Source: an uncultured Clostridia bacterium
Lineage (GTDB): Bacteria; Bacillota; Clostridia; Christensenellales; UBA1242
Assembly (NCBI GenBank): GCA_944351415.1
Contig: CALVPQ010000006.1
Coordinates: forward strand, 1-61,544
DNA: 61,544 bases
Reading direction: 5' to 3'
The notes beneath the pieces are model-generated. The model worked only from the letters and a program-made list of their open reading frames with translations. It had not been told where the DNA came from and ran no database searches. How positions within the stretch are numbered: position 1 is the first letter of the stretch; each line of letters starts with the position of its first letter. This document shows, piece by piece, positions 1 to 9,398 of this stretch. Both the position numbers and the translations under genes were made by a program.

Positions 1-74
1 AAGAACATATTAGACTACAAAATCTAACATGTTCTCTCTTTTTTATTTGTTGTCCGTTTTAATCAAACAACATC

Positions 75-551
75 TTACATCTTCTTCTCTTTTTTTGATT
101 TTTTATTTTCTGCATCATTTTGCTGAGTTTGTTCTTCTACTTGAACCTGAGCTTCATTAACACTGCTAGTCTCATCTACTGTTACATTGCTGTTATCTTC
201 GCTATCCTTTGATTTTTTACTTTTATCTTCAGTTGTAGAAACAGCAGGTCCTGTTTTTTGTTCTTCATCTTTAAAGATAGTGTATATAGCATAGGCATCA
301 ACTGACATATACCCTTTTTTTGTATCTGTTCCTGTTTCAATAGTAACAATTTTTTTATCACCATCAAGTTGAAGGTCAACAATAGTGCCATAAACACCAC
401 TTGTAGTTAAAACCTTGTCTCCTCTTTTAAGAGAGTTGGTTTGTTCTTGCATTCTTTGATTTTCTTTTTTATTTCTTGCTGAAATCATAATTGGATAAAT
501 TATAATTAAAAGCACAATAAAAACAATAAGTATGATTTGTGTTGCGTCCAT
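75..551 (-). CDS. yajC: Preprotein translocase subunit YajC with charged C-terminal extension
   Basis: N-terminal TM helix followed by SLKRGDKVLTTSGVYGTIV, the YajC motif; AAGGAG RBS upstream. Confidence 0.85.
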   Translation of the reverse strand: MDATQIILIVFIVLLIIIYPIMISARNKKENQRMQEQTNSLKRGDKVLTTSGVYGTIVDLQLDGDKKIVTIETGTDTKKGYMSVDAYAIYTIFKDEEQKTGPAVSTTEDKSKKSKDSEDNSNVTVDETSSVNEAQVQVEEQTQQNDAENKKSKKEKKM

Positions 552-633
552 ATTATCTCCTTTTAAATAAATTTATTAAACTTGACATAACAAAGTCTAA
601 CATAAATATACTAAAAATGTAAAATGAATTTTA

Positions 634-2394
634 TTATATTTTCTTTGTTTTTACTTCATTTTCAAGTCTGTCGATAAATTCTGACAGTATTAGACCTGAT
701 TTATTTTCAAATCCCCTTCCTCTGATAGAAATTGTTTTATTTTTTTCTTCTTCATCACCAACAATAATGAGATAAGGAATTTTCATTGAAAGAGCTTCTC
801 TTATTTTATAGCCTATTTTTTCATTTCTTATATCACTTGTAGCTCTAAAACCTTTTAATAAAAGTTGCTCCTTAATTTTTTCTACATAGTCATTATTTCT
901 TTCTGTTAAAGATAGCACTCTTACCTGTTCAGGAGCAAGCCATAATGGAAGCAATCCTTTAGTTTCCTCAAGAAGAAAGGCAATAAATCTGTCAAGAGAG
1001 CCAAGTATTGCTCTGTGTATAACAACTGGTCTTTGTTTCTGATTGTTTTCGTCTATATATTCAAGCTCAAACTTTTCAGGAAGTTGATAGTCAAGTTGAA
1101 CAGTAGAAAGTGTTACTTCATGACCGAGTGCACTATATACTTGAATGTCTATTTTAGGTCCATAGAAAGCAGCTTCCCCTTCAGCTTCATAATAATTTGC
1201 ACCTGTTGACTTTATAATCTCTCTAAGCGCATTTTCACTCTTTTCCCAAAGCTTATCATTACCAAAATATTTTGAAGTATCATTCTTGTCGCGAAGAGAT
1301 AATCTTAAAGTATAATTCTTAAATCCAAAATCCTTATATACCTCAAGTATCAAGGATATAACCCCTTTTATTTCATTAGCAATTTGCTCCGGTGTGCAGA
1401 AAATATGCGAGTCGTTTTGTGTGAAGGCTCTTGCTCTTTCAAGTCCACAAAGATTTCCGCTATCTTCAAATCTAAAATCATTTGCAATCTCTGCTATTCG
1501 TATAGGAAGGTCACGGTATGAGTGAAGAGAATGTTTAAACATAACCATGTGATGTGGACAGTTCATAGGTCGAAGCACATACGCCTCGTCATCAAGTTCC
1601 ATAGCAGGAAACATATCTTCTTTATAGTGTTCCCAATGTCCAGAAGTTTTATAAAGGTCAACATTTCCAAGCGATGGCGTCATGACATGCTTATACCCTT
1701 TTGAAATTTCTTTATCCATGATATAATCTGACAAAATTCTTCTTAAAATAAATCCATTTGGAAGATACATTGGAAGTCCTTTACCAATAAGTTCATCAAA
1801 CATAAAAATATTAAGTTCTTTGCCAAGTTTTCTATGGTCTCTTTGTTTTGCTTCTTCAACAAGCTTTAAATAATCTGCAAGTTCCTTTTTAGTTTTGAAG
1901 GCATAACAATATACCCTTTGAAGCATTTTGTTTTTTTCACTTCCACGCCAATATGCTCCATTTACAGCATGAATTTTAAAACCAAAATTCTGTAAACGTC
2001 TTGTGCTATCTACATGTGGACCTCGACAAAGGTCATAAAAATCGTTGCCAGTATAATAAAGCGAAACTTCTTCACCTTCTGGTAGTTCATTTATTATTTC
2101 AGTTTTATATTCATTATCAGCAAAAATCTTAAGAGCTTCATCTTTTGAAATAACTTTTTTTGTAAACTCTTCACCCCTATTAACAATTTCCTTCATTTTC
2201 TTTTCAATTTTTTCATACTCATCAGGAGTAATTGAATGAGAAAGGTCTATATCATAATAAAAGCCATTATCAATAGCAGGACCTATTGTAAGTTTTGTGT
2301 CTGGATATAGTTCCATCAAAGCTTTTGCAAGCACGTGTGCAAGAGAATGTCTTGCTTTCATAAGTTCTTCATCTTGTTCTTTTTTAATTTCCAT
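634..2394 (-). CDS. thrS: Threonine--tRNA ligase (no N-terminal TGS domain)
   Basis: RHSLAHVLA, DLCRGPH, RDHRKLG, PMNCPHH and AAFYGPK motifs; start moved from 2415 to ATG 2394 because AAGGAG lies just upstream. Confidence 0.97.
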   Translation of the reverse strand: MEIKKEQDEELMKARHSLAHVLAKALMELYPDTKLTIGPAIDNGFYYDIDLSHSITPDEYEKIEKKMKEIVNRGEEFTKKVISKDEALKIFADNEYKTEIINELPEGEEVSLYYTGNDFYDLCRGPHVDSTRRLQNFGFKIHAVNGAYWRGSEKNKMLQRVYCYAFKTKKELADYLKLVEEAKQRDHRKLGKELNIFMFDELIGKGLPMYLPNGFILRRILSDYIMDKEISKGYKHVMTPSLGNVDLYKTSGHWEHYKEDMFPAMELDDEAYVLRPMNCPHHMVMFKHSLHSYRDLPIRIAEIANDFRFEDSGNLCGLERARAFTQNDSHIFCTPEQIANEIKGVISLILEVYKDFGFKNYTLRLSLRDKNDTSKYFGNDKLWEKSENALREIIKSTGANYYEAEGEAAFYGPKIDIQVYSALGHEVTLSTVQLDYQLPEKFELEYIDENNQKQRPVVIHRAILGSLDRFIAFLLEETKGLLPLWLAPEQVRVLSLTERNNDYVEKIKEQLLLKGFRATSDIRNEKIGYKIREALSMKIPYLIIVGDEEEKNKTISIRGRGFENKSGLILSEFIDRLENEVKTKKI

Positions 2395-2422
2395 TTTTAT
2401 CTCCTTTTTGGGCATTTTATAA

Positions 2423-2606
2423 TAAAAAAACGCCCTTAAAATAATTTAAGGACGATTTAAACAAAACCGCGGTTCCACCTTAATTGCAAAAGTGCCACTC
2501 ATTAAAACTTATCACCATAGCAGTGGTTTCAATATTATTTTAGCTAAGATTTTTCACCAACCAATCTCTCTCTATAAGCATCAAATAACTCTACTTGTCT
2601 GCTACT
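2423..2606 (-). promoter_or_regulatory. Thr T-box riboswitch leader of thrS
   Basis: T-box GGTGGAACCGCG (2468-2479); stem I with AGAGAG and GGTGAAA loops; ACC (Thr) specifier at 2525-2527; terminator hairpin plus U-run at 2424-2454. Confidence 0.93.
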
Positions 2607-2622
2607 CCAAGTACATACTCGC

Positions 2623-2651
2623 ATTTTATCACTAAAATTTAAAATTGTCAA
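2623..2651 (-). promoter_or_regulatory. sigmaA promoter of the thrS leader
   Basis: TTGACA-N17-TAAAAT with an extended TG. Confidence 0.85.
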
Positions 2652-2670
2652 CTAAATTTTTTAAATATTT

Positions 2671-3450
2671 TTAAATCTTGTAAATCGGGCTTATGTTGTT
2701 ATAATTATTTTTTGTATTTATATTATTTATAGTTATTCGCTCTTCAAATATGCGTTCAAGAAGATTTGTTGCACTACTTGATTCTTTAAAATACAAATTT
2801 ATTTTTTGAGGAGAAAGGTCTATAACATTAGAGACTATGGACTCTTCATTAAACACTTTATTCTGATATTGTCCGTTATTTAAGGTAAATATTTTATAAC
2901 CATCATCTTCTTTAACAACACTTATTTCATCTTCACGAATATCCAAATTATCAACTAGAAACTTTAATAAATCAATAAAACTATCAGAAGAGATAAGATA
3001 ATCACTATTTTCATTCGATAAAGAAACAAGTTCTGCCCATTTTTCTTGAAGAGGCTTTAACTTAAAATAATAAAAAGACTCTAAAAATAAATCATGTTCC
3101 AAAACAAGATATTTTTTCACAATATATTTATCAGTTTCTTTATCAAAATTTAAAAGAGCCTTTTTAAAGGCAAGCATTCCTATTTTATCTTTTCTTGGAA
3201 AGATTAAAAAATTATCTAAAAAAGCCATTTTGAAATTTGTGCAAATAAGTTCTATTATACAAGATGTTATAAGAAGCTTTGCTTGCTCCTTAAACTTTTC
3301 GTTTATACCAACAAGAATTGATATATAGTTTTTATCTTCATCAATAGTAATTATTCCACCCATTTCTTGTAATGAGTTTAATAAAGATTTATATAAAATA
3401 TTTGCAACAGTTGTGTTCTCCGATTTAATATTAAGTGATATTTCCCACAT
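2671..3450 (-). CDS. ytxC: Putative sporulation protein, YtxC family
   Basis: FLESFYYFKL..L..KW and FIDLLKFLV..., ending in IFEERI; conserved position upstream of thrS; sigmaE-like CATAAAAT and AAGGAG upstream. Confidence 0.7.
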   Translation of the reverse strand: MWEISLNIKSENTTVANILYKSLLNSLQEMGGIITIDEDKNYISILVGINEKFKEQAKLLITSCIIELICTNFKMAFLDNFLIFPRKDKIGMLAFKKALLNFDKETDKYIVKKYLVLEHDLFLESFYYFKLKPLQEKWAELVSLSNENSDYLISSDSFIDLLKFLVDNLDIREDEISVVKEDDGYKIFTLNNGQYQNKVFNEESIVSNVIDLSPQKINLYFKESSSATNLLERIFEERITINNINTKNNYNNISPIYKI

Positions 3451-3578
3451 ATTTGCTCCTTGCTATAGTATTTTATGCAAGGCTTCAAAAAATACACTTA
3501 GAATTTAAAAATTAAATCAAATAATTTGACAAATAAACGAAAAATATTGATAATACTTATATATAAAGGAATGACAAT

Positions 3579-4340
3579 ATGAAAAAATCAATTAAAATGT
3601 TTTTAATATCGCTTTGTCTTTGTCCACTTTTGTTGCTCACAGCTTGTGGAACAACTTCATACTATACAATAACAGTTTCACCAAGTGATAGCGTGCTTGG
3701 TTCAGTGCTTGGCACATTAAGTGACTCAACTCAAGTTGAAGGCACAACAGTAACACTCACAGCTAAGGAAAATAGTGCTCAAACTAACCCTTTTATTTGC
3801 TGGATAAAAAATAATAACACGGTTGTATCTACTGACACTGCACTTACACTTACCTACAATAGTGAAACTGCTGGAAGGTACACCGCTCTGTTTGATGAAA
3901 CTAATCCTAACTCAATGATGTATGCAGCCTTTGATACAATTACATTTGAACCAATAGCTGATGTGACAGAAATAAACTTTACTTTAAGTTATTCAAGAAC
4001 AGCTAGCGGAAATGATGTATACACAACCCTTGCAAGAGGTTCCCTTTCAACAGAAAACACATACACATCTGACCATACATCTGTTTTATATCTTGGCTCT
4101 GTTGGGACTATCAGTAGTTATCAGTATAGATTTAGACTTAATATAACATTAGTAGATTCAAATGGAGCAGAAACTTCTTATAGCCTTACAAGTCAGGCAA
4201 TTCTAAATAATTCTTCCTTTAATAGCACAAGGGATTATGAAATAACGATTTATGATAGTAATTCAGATAGCGATATTGTTTTGTCTTTTGTAAAGTTAAG
4301 CAAAGAATTATTCTCGTCAGCTGATACTCAACTTTTATAA
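3579..4340 (+). CDS. Lipoprotein with a beta-rich, InlB-B-repeat-like N-terminal domain
   Basis: Signal peptide with lipobox LTAC; ITV...GSV.G...GTTVTLTA...F.CW pattern; S/T-rich. Confidence 0.6.
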   Translation: MKKSIKMFLISLCLCPLLLLTACGTTSYYTITVSPSDSVLGSVLGTLSDSTQVEGTTVTLTAKENSAQTNPFICWIKNNNTVVSTDTALTLTYNSETAGRYTALFDETNPNSMMYAAFDTITFEPIADVTEINFTLSYSRTASGNDVYTTLARGSLSTENTYTSDHTSVLYLGSVGTISSYQYRFRLNITLVDSNGAETSYSLTSQAILNNSSFNSTRDYEITIYDSNSDSDIVLSFVKLSKELFSSADTQLL

Positions 4341-4354
4341 AATATAAAAAAATT

Positions 4355-4389
4355 AAAATAAAAGAAGGCAAGTTGCCTTCTTTTATTTT
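4355..4389. terminator. Bidirectional intrinsic terminator
   Basis: AAAATAAAAGAAGGCA-agt-TGCCTTCTTTTATTTT between convergent genes. Confidence 0.85.
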
Positions 4390-4398
4390 GGCTGAAAA

Positions 4399-4530
4399 CT
4401 ATTTGCAATCCTTTGTTGAACTTGTTTTAGAACCGCAACTTTTAGCTTCTTTAGATGCCTCTACATTTTTTGCAGATTTTGACATCTTGCCCTTGGCACT
4501 TTTCCCCATTTTGGAATTTTTACCAAACAT
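4399..4530 (-). CDS. Small basic protein, 43 aa (not in ORF track)
   Basis: GGAGGTG RBS, then MFGKNSKMGKSAKGKMSKSAKNVEASKEAKSCGSKTSSTKDCK*; GTATA-N17-CATAATT promoter upstream and a terminator downstream. Confidence 0.8.
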   Translation of the reverse strand: MFGKNSKMGKSAKGKMSKSAKNVEASKEAKSCGSKTSSTKDCK

Positions 4531-4688
4531 AGTTTTCACCTCCCTGTTATCAAGGTATACAACCTTGTAATTTAATTATGGCTTGATAACAGAAAAATAT
4601 ACATAATATAAGAATAATTTTCTATCCATTAATATTTGGGAAAAAAGGCTATAGTAGATAAAATGTTTTTAGAACATATTAAATATAT

Positions 4689-4730
4689 AAAAAAACGACT
4701 TTCTAAATATTGATTAGAAAAATCGTTTTT
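4689..4730 (-). terminator. Intrinsic terminator after the DUF1292-like gene
   Basis: AAAAACGA.TTTCTAA...TTAGAAA.ATCGTTTTT inverted repeat with flanking A/T runs. Confidence 0.7.
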
Positions 4731-4754
4731 ACTTAAAAACATAAACGTCTGGAA

Positions 4755-5222
4755 TTATTTTGTTGTTTTCTTTGTTTTTCCAGCAGTTTTTGAAGTTGAT
4801 GTTGTCTTTTTAGCAGGTTCTTTTGCTGCTTTAGTTGTTGTTTCTTTAGCCGCTGTTTTCTTGGATTTTTCTGCATTTTGAGCATCTTCAAGAAGGTCGT
4901 AGTATTTATCAAATACTGCAATAGCAACTTCTTCATCTTCTTCAACTTTTACGATTGAATTACCATCTTTATCTTGGTCAATCACAAACACGATTGCTTC
5001 ATCATCGGCAATTCCTTCAATTTTATCCATTGGTTTTAAAACACAATATAATCTTTTTTCTTTTCTTACTTCATAAGGAATAACAGCAATTTGCTCAAAA
5101 GTTAATTGTCTGCCATTTTCGTCCATAAGAACAATAGGGTCTCTATTGTCTTGGTCAAGAAGCACATCAAGAATATCAATAGGTTTTAATTCCTCGTTAT
5201 TTTCAGTTTTCTTTTCTTCCAT
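4755..5222 (-). CDS. DUF1292-like acidic protein with a K/T/A-rich basic tail
   Basis: IVLMDENG...YCVL.P...EAIVF...VEEDEE...VF pattern; directly after ruvX, as is typical. Confidence 0.65.
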   Translation of the reverse strand: MEEKKTENNEELKPIDILDVLLDQDNRDPIVLMDENGRQLTFEQIAVIPYEVRKEKRLYCVLKPMDKIEGIADDEAIVFVIDQDKDGNSIVKVEEDEEVAIAVFDKYYDLLEDAQNAEKSKKTAAKETTTKAAKEPAKKTTSTSKTAGKTKKTTK

Positions 5223-5224
5223 AT

Positions 5225-5650
5225 TTAATCCCCTTTTAAATTTTCTATAAATGTCTGCAAAATTAGTTGTGCAGCTATTTTATCGATGAGTTCCTTTCGC
5301 TTTTCCCTTCGAACACCGCTCGATATTAAAATATCTTCCGCCTCAGCCGAGGTTAAGCGCTCATCTATAAAATGAACTTTAACACCAGAGTAGAGTGCAA
5401 GTTTTTCACCAAAAGCTCTATGCAATTTTGCTCTTTCACCTTCAGTGCCGTCCATATTCAGTGGTAATCCCATTGCAACTTCATCAACATCATTATCTTT
5501 GATAATTTTATCTAAGTGTTTTAATGCATCTTCTTCGCCATGATTTTGATACACTTCATAAGGACTAGAGATAATACATAACTGGTCACTTAAAGCAATT
5601 CCAATACGTTTATCTCCATAATCCACTCCCATCTTTCTATGCTTTTGCAT
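5225..5650 (-). CDS. ruvX: YqgF/RuvX pre-16S rRNA nuclease / Holliday junction resolvase
   Basis: GVDYGDKRIGIA, GLPLNMDG, DERLTS and DKIAA..ILQ motifs. Confidence 0.95.
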   Translation of the reverse strand: MQKHRKMGVDYGDKRIGIALSDQLCIISSPYEVYQNHGEEDALKHLDKIIKDNDVDEVAMGLPLNMDGTEGERAKLHRAFGEKLALYSGVKVHFIDERLTSAEAEDILISSGVRREKRKELIDKIAAQLILQTFIENLKGD

Positions 5651-5726
5651 TACATCTCCATAATGAGTATACCCTTTTATACAAATTTAGTCAAACAATT
5701 TAGACAACTTTTTAATTATTTTGTGA

Positions 5727-6392
5727 TTATTTTATAAAGGATAAAATAGATATTAGGTCATCTGTGTGTTTTATTGTCTCGTTCCAAAAAAGTTTATTAT
5801 CAAAATGAGCATCATCTGGATTTATACATATTGTTTTTATTCCAGTTTTATAAACATCTTCATCATTCTTCCCATTTCCAAAGAACAGCACTTGATTTGG
5901 ATTTAATCTAAGGTTTTTCATAACTATATCCACATATTGGCTTTTATCTTCAATATGATGTTCAAGAACTGTTATATCAAATAATTTTCCATTTTCATCA
6001 AATAGCAACTCTTGTGCCTCTATTTTGTAGATATACTTTTTACATTCTCCCAAGACCTCATCTATTATATTTTTTATTCCACCAGACAAAATAATAATTT
6101 TTATATCATTTTCATATAAAAATCTAAATACTTCTTCTGCATTATCAAGAAGCGAAGTGTCTTTTGAAATTTCCTTTAAAAGATTTTTACTTACACCAGC
6201 ATCTCGATAGACTTTAATTACTTCTTTAGCCCATTGATTATAATCAAATTCACCCTTACAATATTTTCCATATAAAATTTCATCGTCTTTTTCTCTTCCA
6301 ATTTTATTCCATACTCGTGCCCAACTATTTGGAAGCTTGCTTGGTTTACTTAATGTTCCATCAAAATCAAATATAATAAGTTTAGTTTTCAT
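5727..6392 (-). CDS. HAD-superfamily hydrolase
   Basis: FDFDGTL motif I, LSGG motif II, FFGNGKND motif IV. Confidence 0.85.
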   Translation of the reverse strand: MKTKLIIFDFDGTLSKPSKLPNSWARVWNKIGREKDDEILYGKYCKGEFDYNQWAKEVIKVYRDAGVSKNLLKEISKDTSLLDNAEEVFRFLYENDIKIIILSGGIKNIIDEVLGECKKYIYKIEAQELLFDENGKLFDITVLEHHIEDKSQYVDIVMKNLRLNPNQVLFFGNGKNDEDVYKTGIKTICINPDDAHFDNKLFWNETIKHTDDLISILSFIK

Positions 6393-6403
6393 TTAAACTC
6401 CAG

Positions 6404-8899
6404 TTATTTACAGTCATATAAACTTTCTCCAATACCCATCGACACTATAAGTGGAACTTGCAATTTAGCAACGTCTTCCATCTCATTTTTAAGTATTTCT
6501 TTAACTTTTTCTTCCTCGCCTGGATAAGTATCAACTATCAACTCATCGTGAATTTGAAGAATAAGTTGGCTTTTTAATTTTTCACTTTTCATTCTGTTAA
6601 AGACTTTTATCATTGCAAGTTTTATTATATCAGAAGCAGTGCCTTGAAGTGGCATATTCATTGCAACCCTTTCACCAAAAGCACGTGTATAATATTTTGA
6701 AGATTTAAGTTCTGGTATTTTTCTTATTCGCCCAAACTTAGTGATTGCATACCCGTGTTCTTTTGCAAAGTTGACATTATTGTCCATAAATTTTTTTACG
6801 TTAGGATACCTTGTAAAATAAGATTTAATATAATTTTTAGCTCTTTCCACAGAGGACTTTATATTTTGTGAAAGACCATAATCACTTATTCCATAAATAA
6901 TACCAAAGTTAACCGCTTTTGCCTCCCTTCTTTGCTCGGCTGTTACATCTAGAGGAGAAACATTAAATATTTGAGATGCCGTTAAAGTATGTATATCCTT
7001 ACCATTTTTATAAGAGTCAATAAGAGCTTGTTCGTTAGACATATCAGCAAGAAGCCTTAATTCAATTTGATTATAATCGGCAGAAATTATCTTGCCATTA
7101 TCAAATTTTGATACAAAGATTTTTCTTAAATTTTTTCCAAGTGCATCTCTTGTTGGAATATTTTGCAAATTAGGTTCACTGCTTGACAATCTACCTGTGC
7201 TTGTTAATGTCTGGTTAAAGGTTGTATGAATAACATCGCCACGCTCTTTAATAAGCTTTTTATACACATCAATATATGTATTTTTTATTTTTGCAAACTT
7301 CCTATAAGTTAAAATATCATTAACTAGCGGAATATATTTAAGTTCTTCAAGCACTAATGCCTTAGTTGAATTACGTTTATTGTTATAGGCTTTAATACCC
7401 AGTTTTTCAAAGAGAATATATGCAACCTGCTTTGGCGAATTTATATTAAATTCTTCCCCTGCCTCTTGATAAATATTTTTAGTAAGGCTTGAAAGACTTT
7501 CACTAAACTCGTTGTCGAGTTCATCAAGCTTTTCTTCATTTATTCTAAAACCATTTTGTTCCATAAAAAAGAGTATTTCAATTAAAGGCTTTTCAATATC
7601 ATTATAAATAAAATCAAGCTTTTGTTTCTTAAGTTGTTCAGTTAAATTCAAATAGCTATTATAAAAATTTTCGAGAGCTATCTCCTCACTTGCCTTTATA
7701 CCTGCATTTATAATATATTCTGCAACTGACAAATCAAAATAATTATTAAGCTTTATATCATAACCTTCTAAAGCATGCATATCAGCTTTTGCAGAATAAG
7801 TTATTTTTAAAATTTTATTATTTTCAAAAATATTCTTTATTTGAGATGAAATATCATTAAAATTTACCGTATCAAACATACTTAAATTTTTTTCAAGATA
7901 ATATATTTTACCATCTATCAAAAATTCCATTTTATGTAAATCATAAGGGAAAAATTTCCCTTTAAAGTTACTAAAAACTTCTATGTTATCACTATTTAAA
8001 GCCTGTCTTTCAAACTTTGTTGTCTCTAAATTTGTAATTTGAACATTACTAAAAAGCGACTGATTATTAGTAAGAGAACTAAAATCCATTTTTTTAAAAA
8101 ATTCATAAACTGAATATGAAAAAGGAAATTTTAATACACAATCATCAAGATTAAAATTAAATTGACAATTTGTTCTTATGGTTGCAAGGTCTTTTGAAAT
8201 ATAAGCCATCTCTTTATCTAAAACAAGTTTTTCCTTAAGTTTTCCATTAATATTATCAATATTTTTATATACATTATCAAGATTCCCATACTCATCAATT
8301 AAAGCATGAGCAGTTTTTTCTCCAACACCTTTTACCCCAGGAATATTGTCAGATGTATCGCCCATTAAGGCTTTTAATTCTATAACTTGACTTGGTGATA
8401 TATTATATAACTCTTTAAGCCTTTTTTCATCAACCTTTTCAACTTCACTTACACCCTTTTTTGTAAGCCACACAACAGTGTTATCATCAATAAGTTGCAA
8501 TAAGTCTCTATCTCCAGAGAGAATAAATTTTTTACAGCTATTGTTTTTTGCTATAGTGCCTATAATATCGTCTGCCTCAATCCCAGAAATTTCCGCAGTT
8601 TTTATATCCATAGCATTTAGCATTTCCTTAATTAATGGAAATTGAGATATTAATTCTTCAGGAGTTGCCTTTCTTTGCATTTTATACTCTGAATAAATTT
8701 GATTTCGGAAAGTCTTTCGTGCATGGTCAAAAGCAATAACAATATGGCTTGGCTTTTCTTCATGAATAATCTTTATTAAAATGTTAGCAAACCCAAAAAC
8801 TGCTCCTGAGGGCTGACCTTCTCTATTAGATAAAAAAGGAAGAGCATAAAATGCTCTATTTGCTATACTATTCCCATCAACAATTAACAACTTTTCCAT
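6404..8899 (-). CDS. polA: DNA polymerase I
   Basis: 5'-3' exonuclease (VDGNS, EADD, SGDRD, GDTSDN) and family A motifs (DYNQIELR, KAVNFGIIYG, QIHDEL). Confidence 0.98.
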   Translation of the reverse strand: MEKLLIVDGNSIANRAFYALPFLSNREGQPSGAVFGFANILIKIIHEEKPSHIVIAFDHARKTFRNQIYSEYKMQRKATPEELISQFPLIKEMLNAMDIKTAEISGIEADDIIGTIAKNNSCKKFILSGDRDLLQLIDDNTVVWLTKKGVSEVEKVDEKRLKELYNISPSQVIELKALMGDTSDNIPGVKGVGEKTAHALIDEYGNLDNVYKNIDNINGKLKEKLVLDKEMAYISKDLATIRTNCQFNFNLDDCVLKFPFSYSVYEFFKKMDFSSLTNNQSLFSNVQITNLETTKFERQALNSDNIEVFSNFKGKFFPYDLHKMEFLIDGKIYYLEKNLSMFDTVNFNDISSQIKNIFENNKILKITYSAKADMHALEGYDIKLNNYFDLSVAEYIINAGIKASEEIALENFYNSYLNLTEQLKKQKLDFIYNDIEKPLIEILFFMEQNGFRINEEKLDELDNEFSESLSSLTKNIYQEAGEEFNINSPKQVAYILFEKLGIKAYNNKRNSTKALVLEELKYIPLVNDILTYRKFAKIKNTYIDVYKKLIKERGDVIHTTFNQTLTSTGRLSSSEPNLQNIPTRDALGKNLRKIFVSKFDNGKIISADYNQIELRLLADMSNEQALIDSYKNGKDIHTLTASQIFNVSPLDVTAEQRREAKAVNFGIIYGISDYGLSQNIKSSVERAKNYIKSYFTRYPNVKKFMDNNVNFAKEHGYAITKFGRIRKIPELKSSKYYTRAFGERVAMNMPLQGTASDIIKLAMIKVFNRMKSEKLKSQLILQIHDELIVDTYPGEEEKVKEILKNEMEDVAKLQVPLIVSMGIGESLYDCK

Positions 8900-8901
8900 A
8901 A

Positions 8902-9204
8902 TTAACCTTTAAAAACCTCAAGTGTTTCACTTCCAAGAATACCAAATAAATTTCTAAATACATCTGGTATAGCAATAGTTAAAATAAGAACAACAACAGC
9001 TAGCACTAATAAAATAAAGAAAGCGATTTTTAAAGGGTTTCCAAAGAAGTTAATACCTGCATAAAGCAAGGCTATCACAAGTCCGCCATATACTGATATG
9101 TATTCTATAATAGCTCCAGCTGGTTGAGCTATATTTACATAACATAGAAAACCAATATAAACAATTGTTAAAACCGCTAAAATGAAATATATTATAGATT
9201 TCAT
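8902..9204 (-). CDS. Small 3-TM membrane protein, first gene of the polA operon
   Basis: Three hydrophobic segments; AGGAG RBS; 2-nt gap to polA. Confidence 0.7.
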   Translation of the reverse strand: MKSIIYFILAVLTIVYIGFLCYVNIAQPAGAIIEYISVYGGLVIALLYAGINFFGNPLKIAFFILLVLAVVVLILTIAIPDVFRNLFGILGSETLEVFKG

Positions 9205-9215
9205 AATCATCTCCT

Positions 9216-9355
9216 ATAGTTTTTGTTATCGGAAACCGAACTTGCTTGCAAAAGTGAGGCTGATAGTAATTCAAACTGTGATAAGTGTGCATTAGCACAC
9301 AAATTCGTAGGAATTTACTAAAATTTTATGTTAGTAAAATTTAGCATCACATAGT
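9216..9355. repeat. Multi-hairpin element (copy 1) in the 5' UTR of the polA operon
   Basis: Closing stem TGTGAT/ATCACA (9277-9351) enclosing three hairpins; extra hairpins at 9227-9265; ATAGT at 9216, 9263 and 9351. Confidence 0.6.
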
Positions 9356-9398
9356 CTTTATTTTATATTAGCACATTGTTATAAGATATGCAAATATT

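Noticed and set aside
4373-4570. 65-aa plus-strand ORF
   Set aside because: Starts inside a terminator and is antisense to the better-supported 43-aa gene
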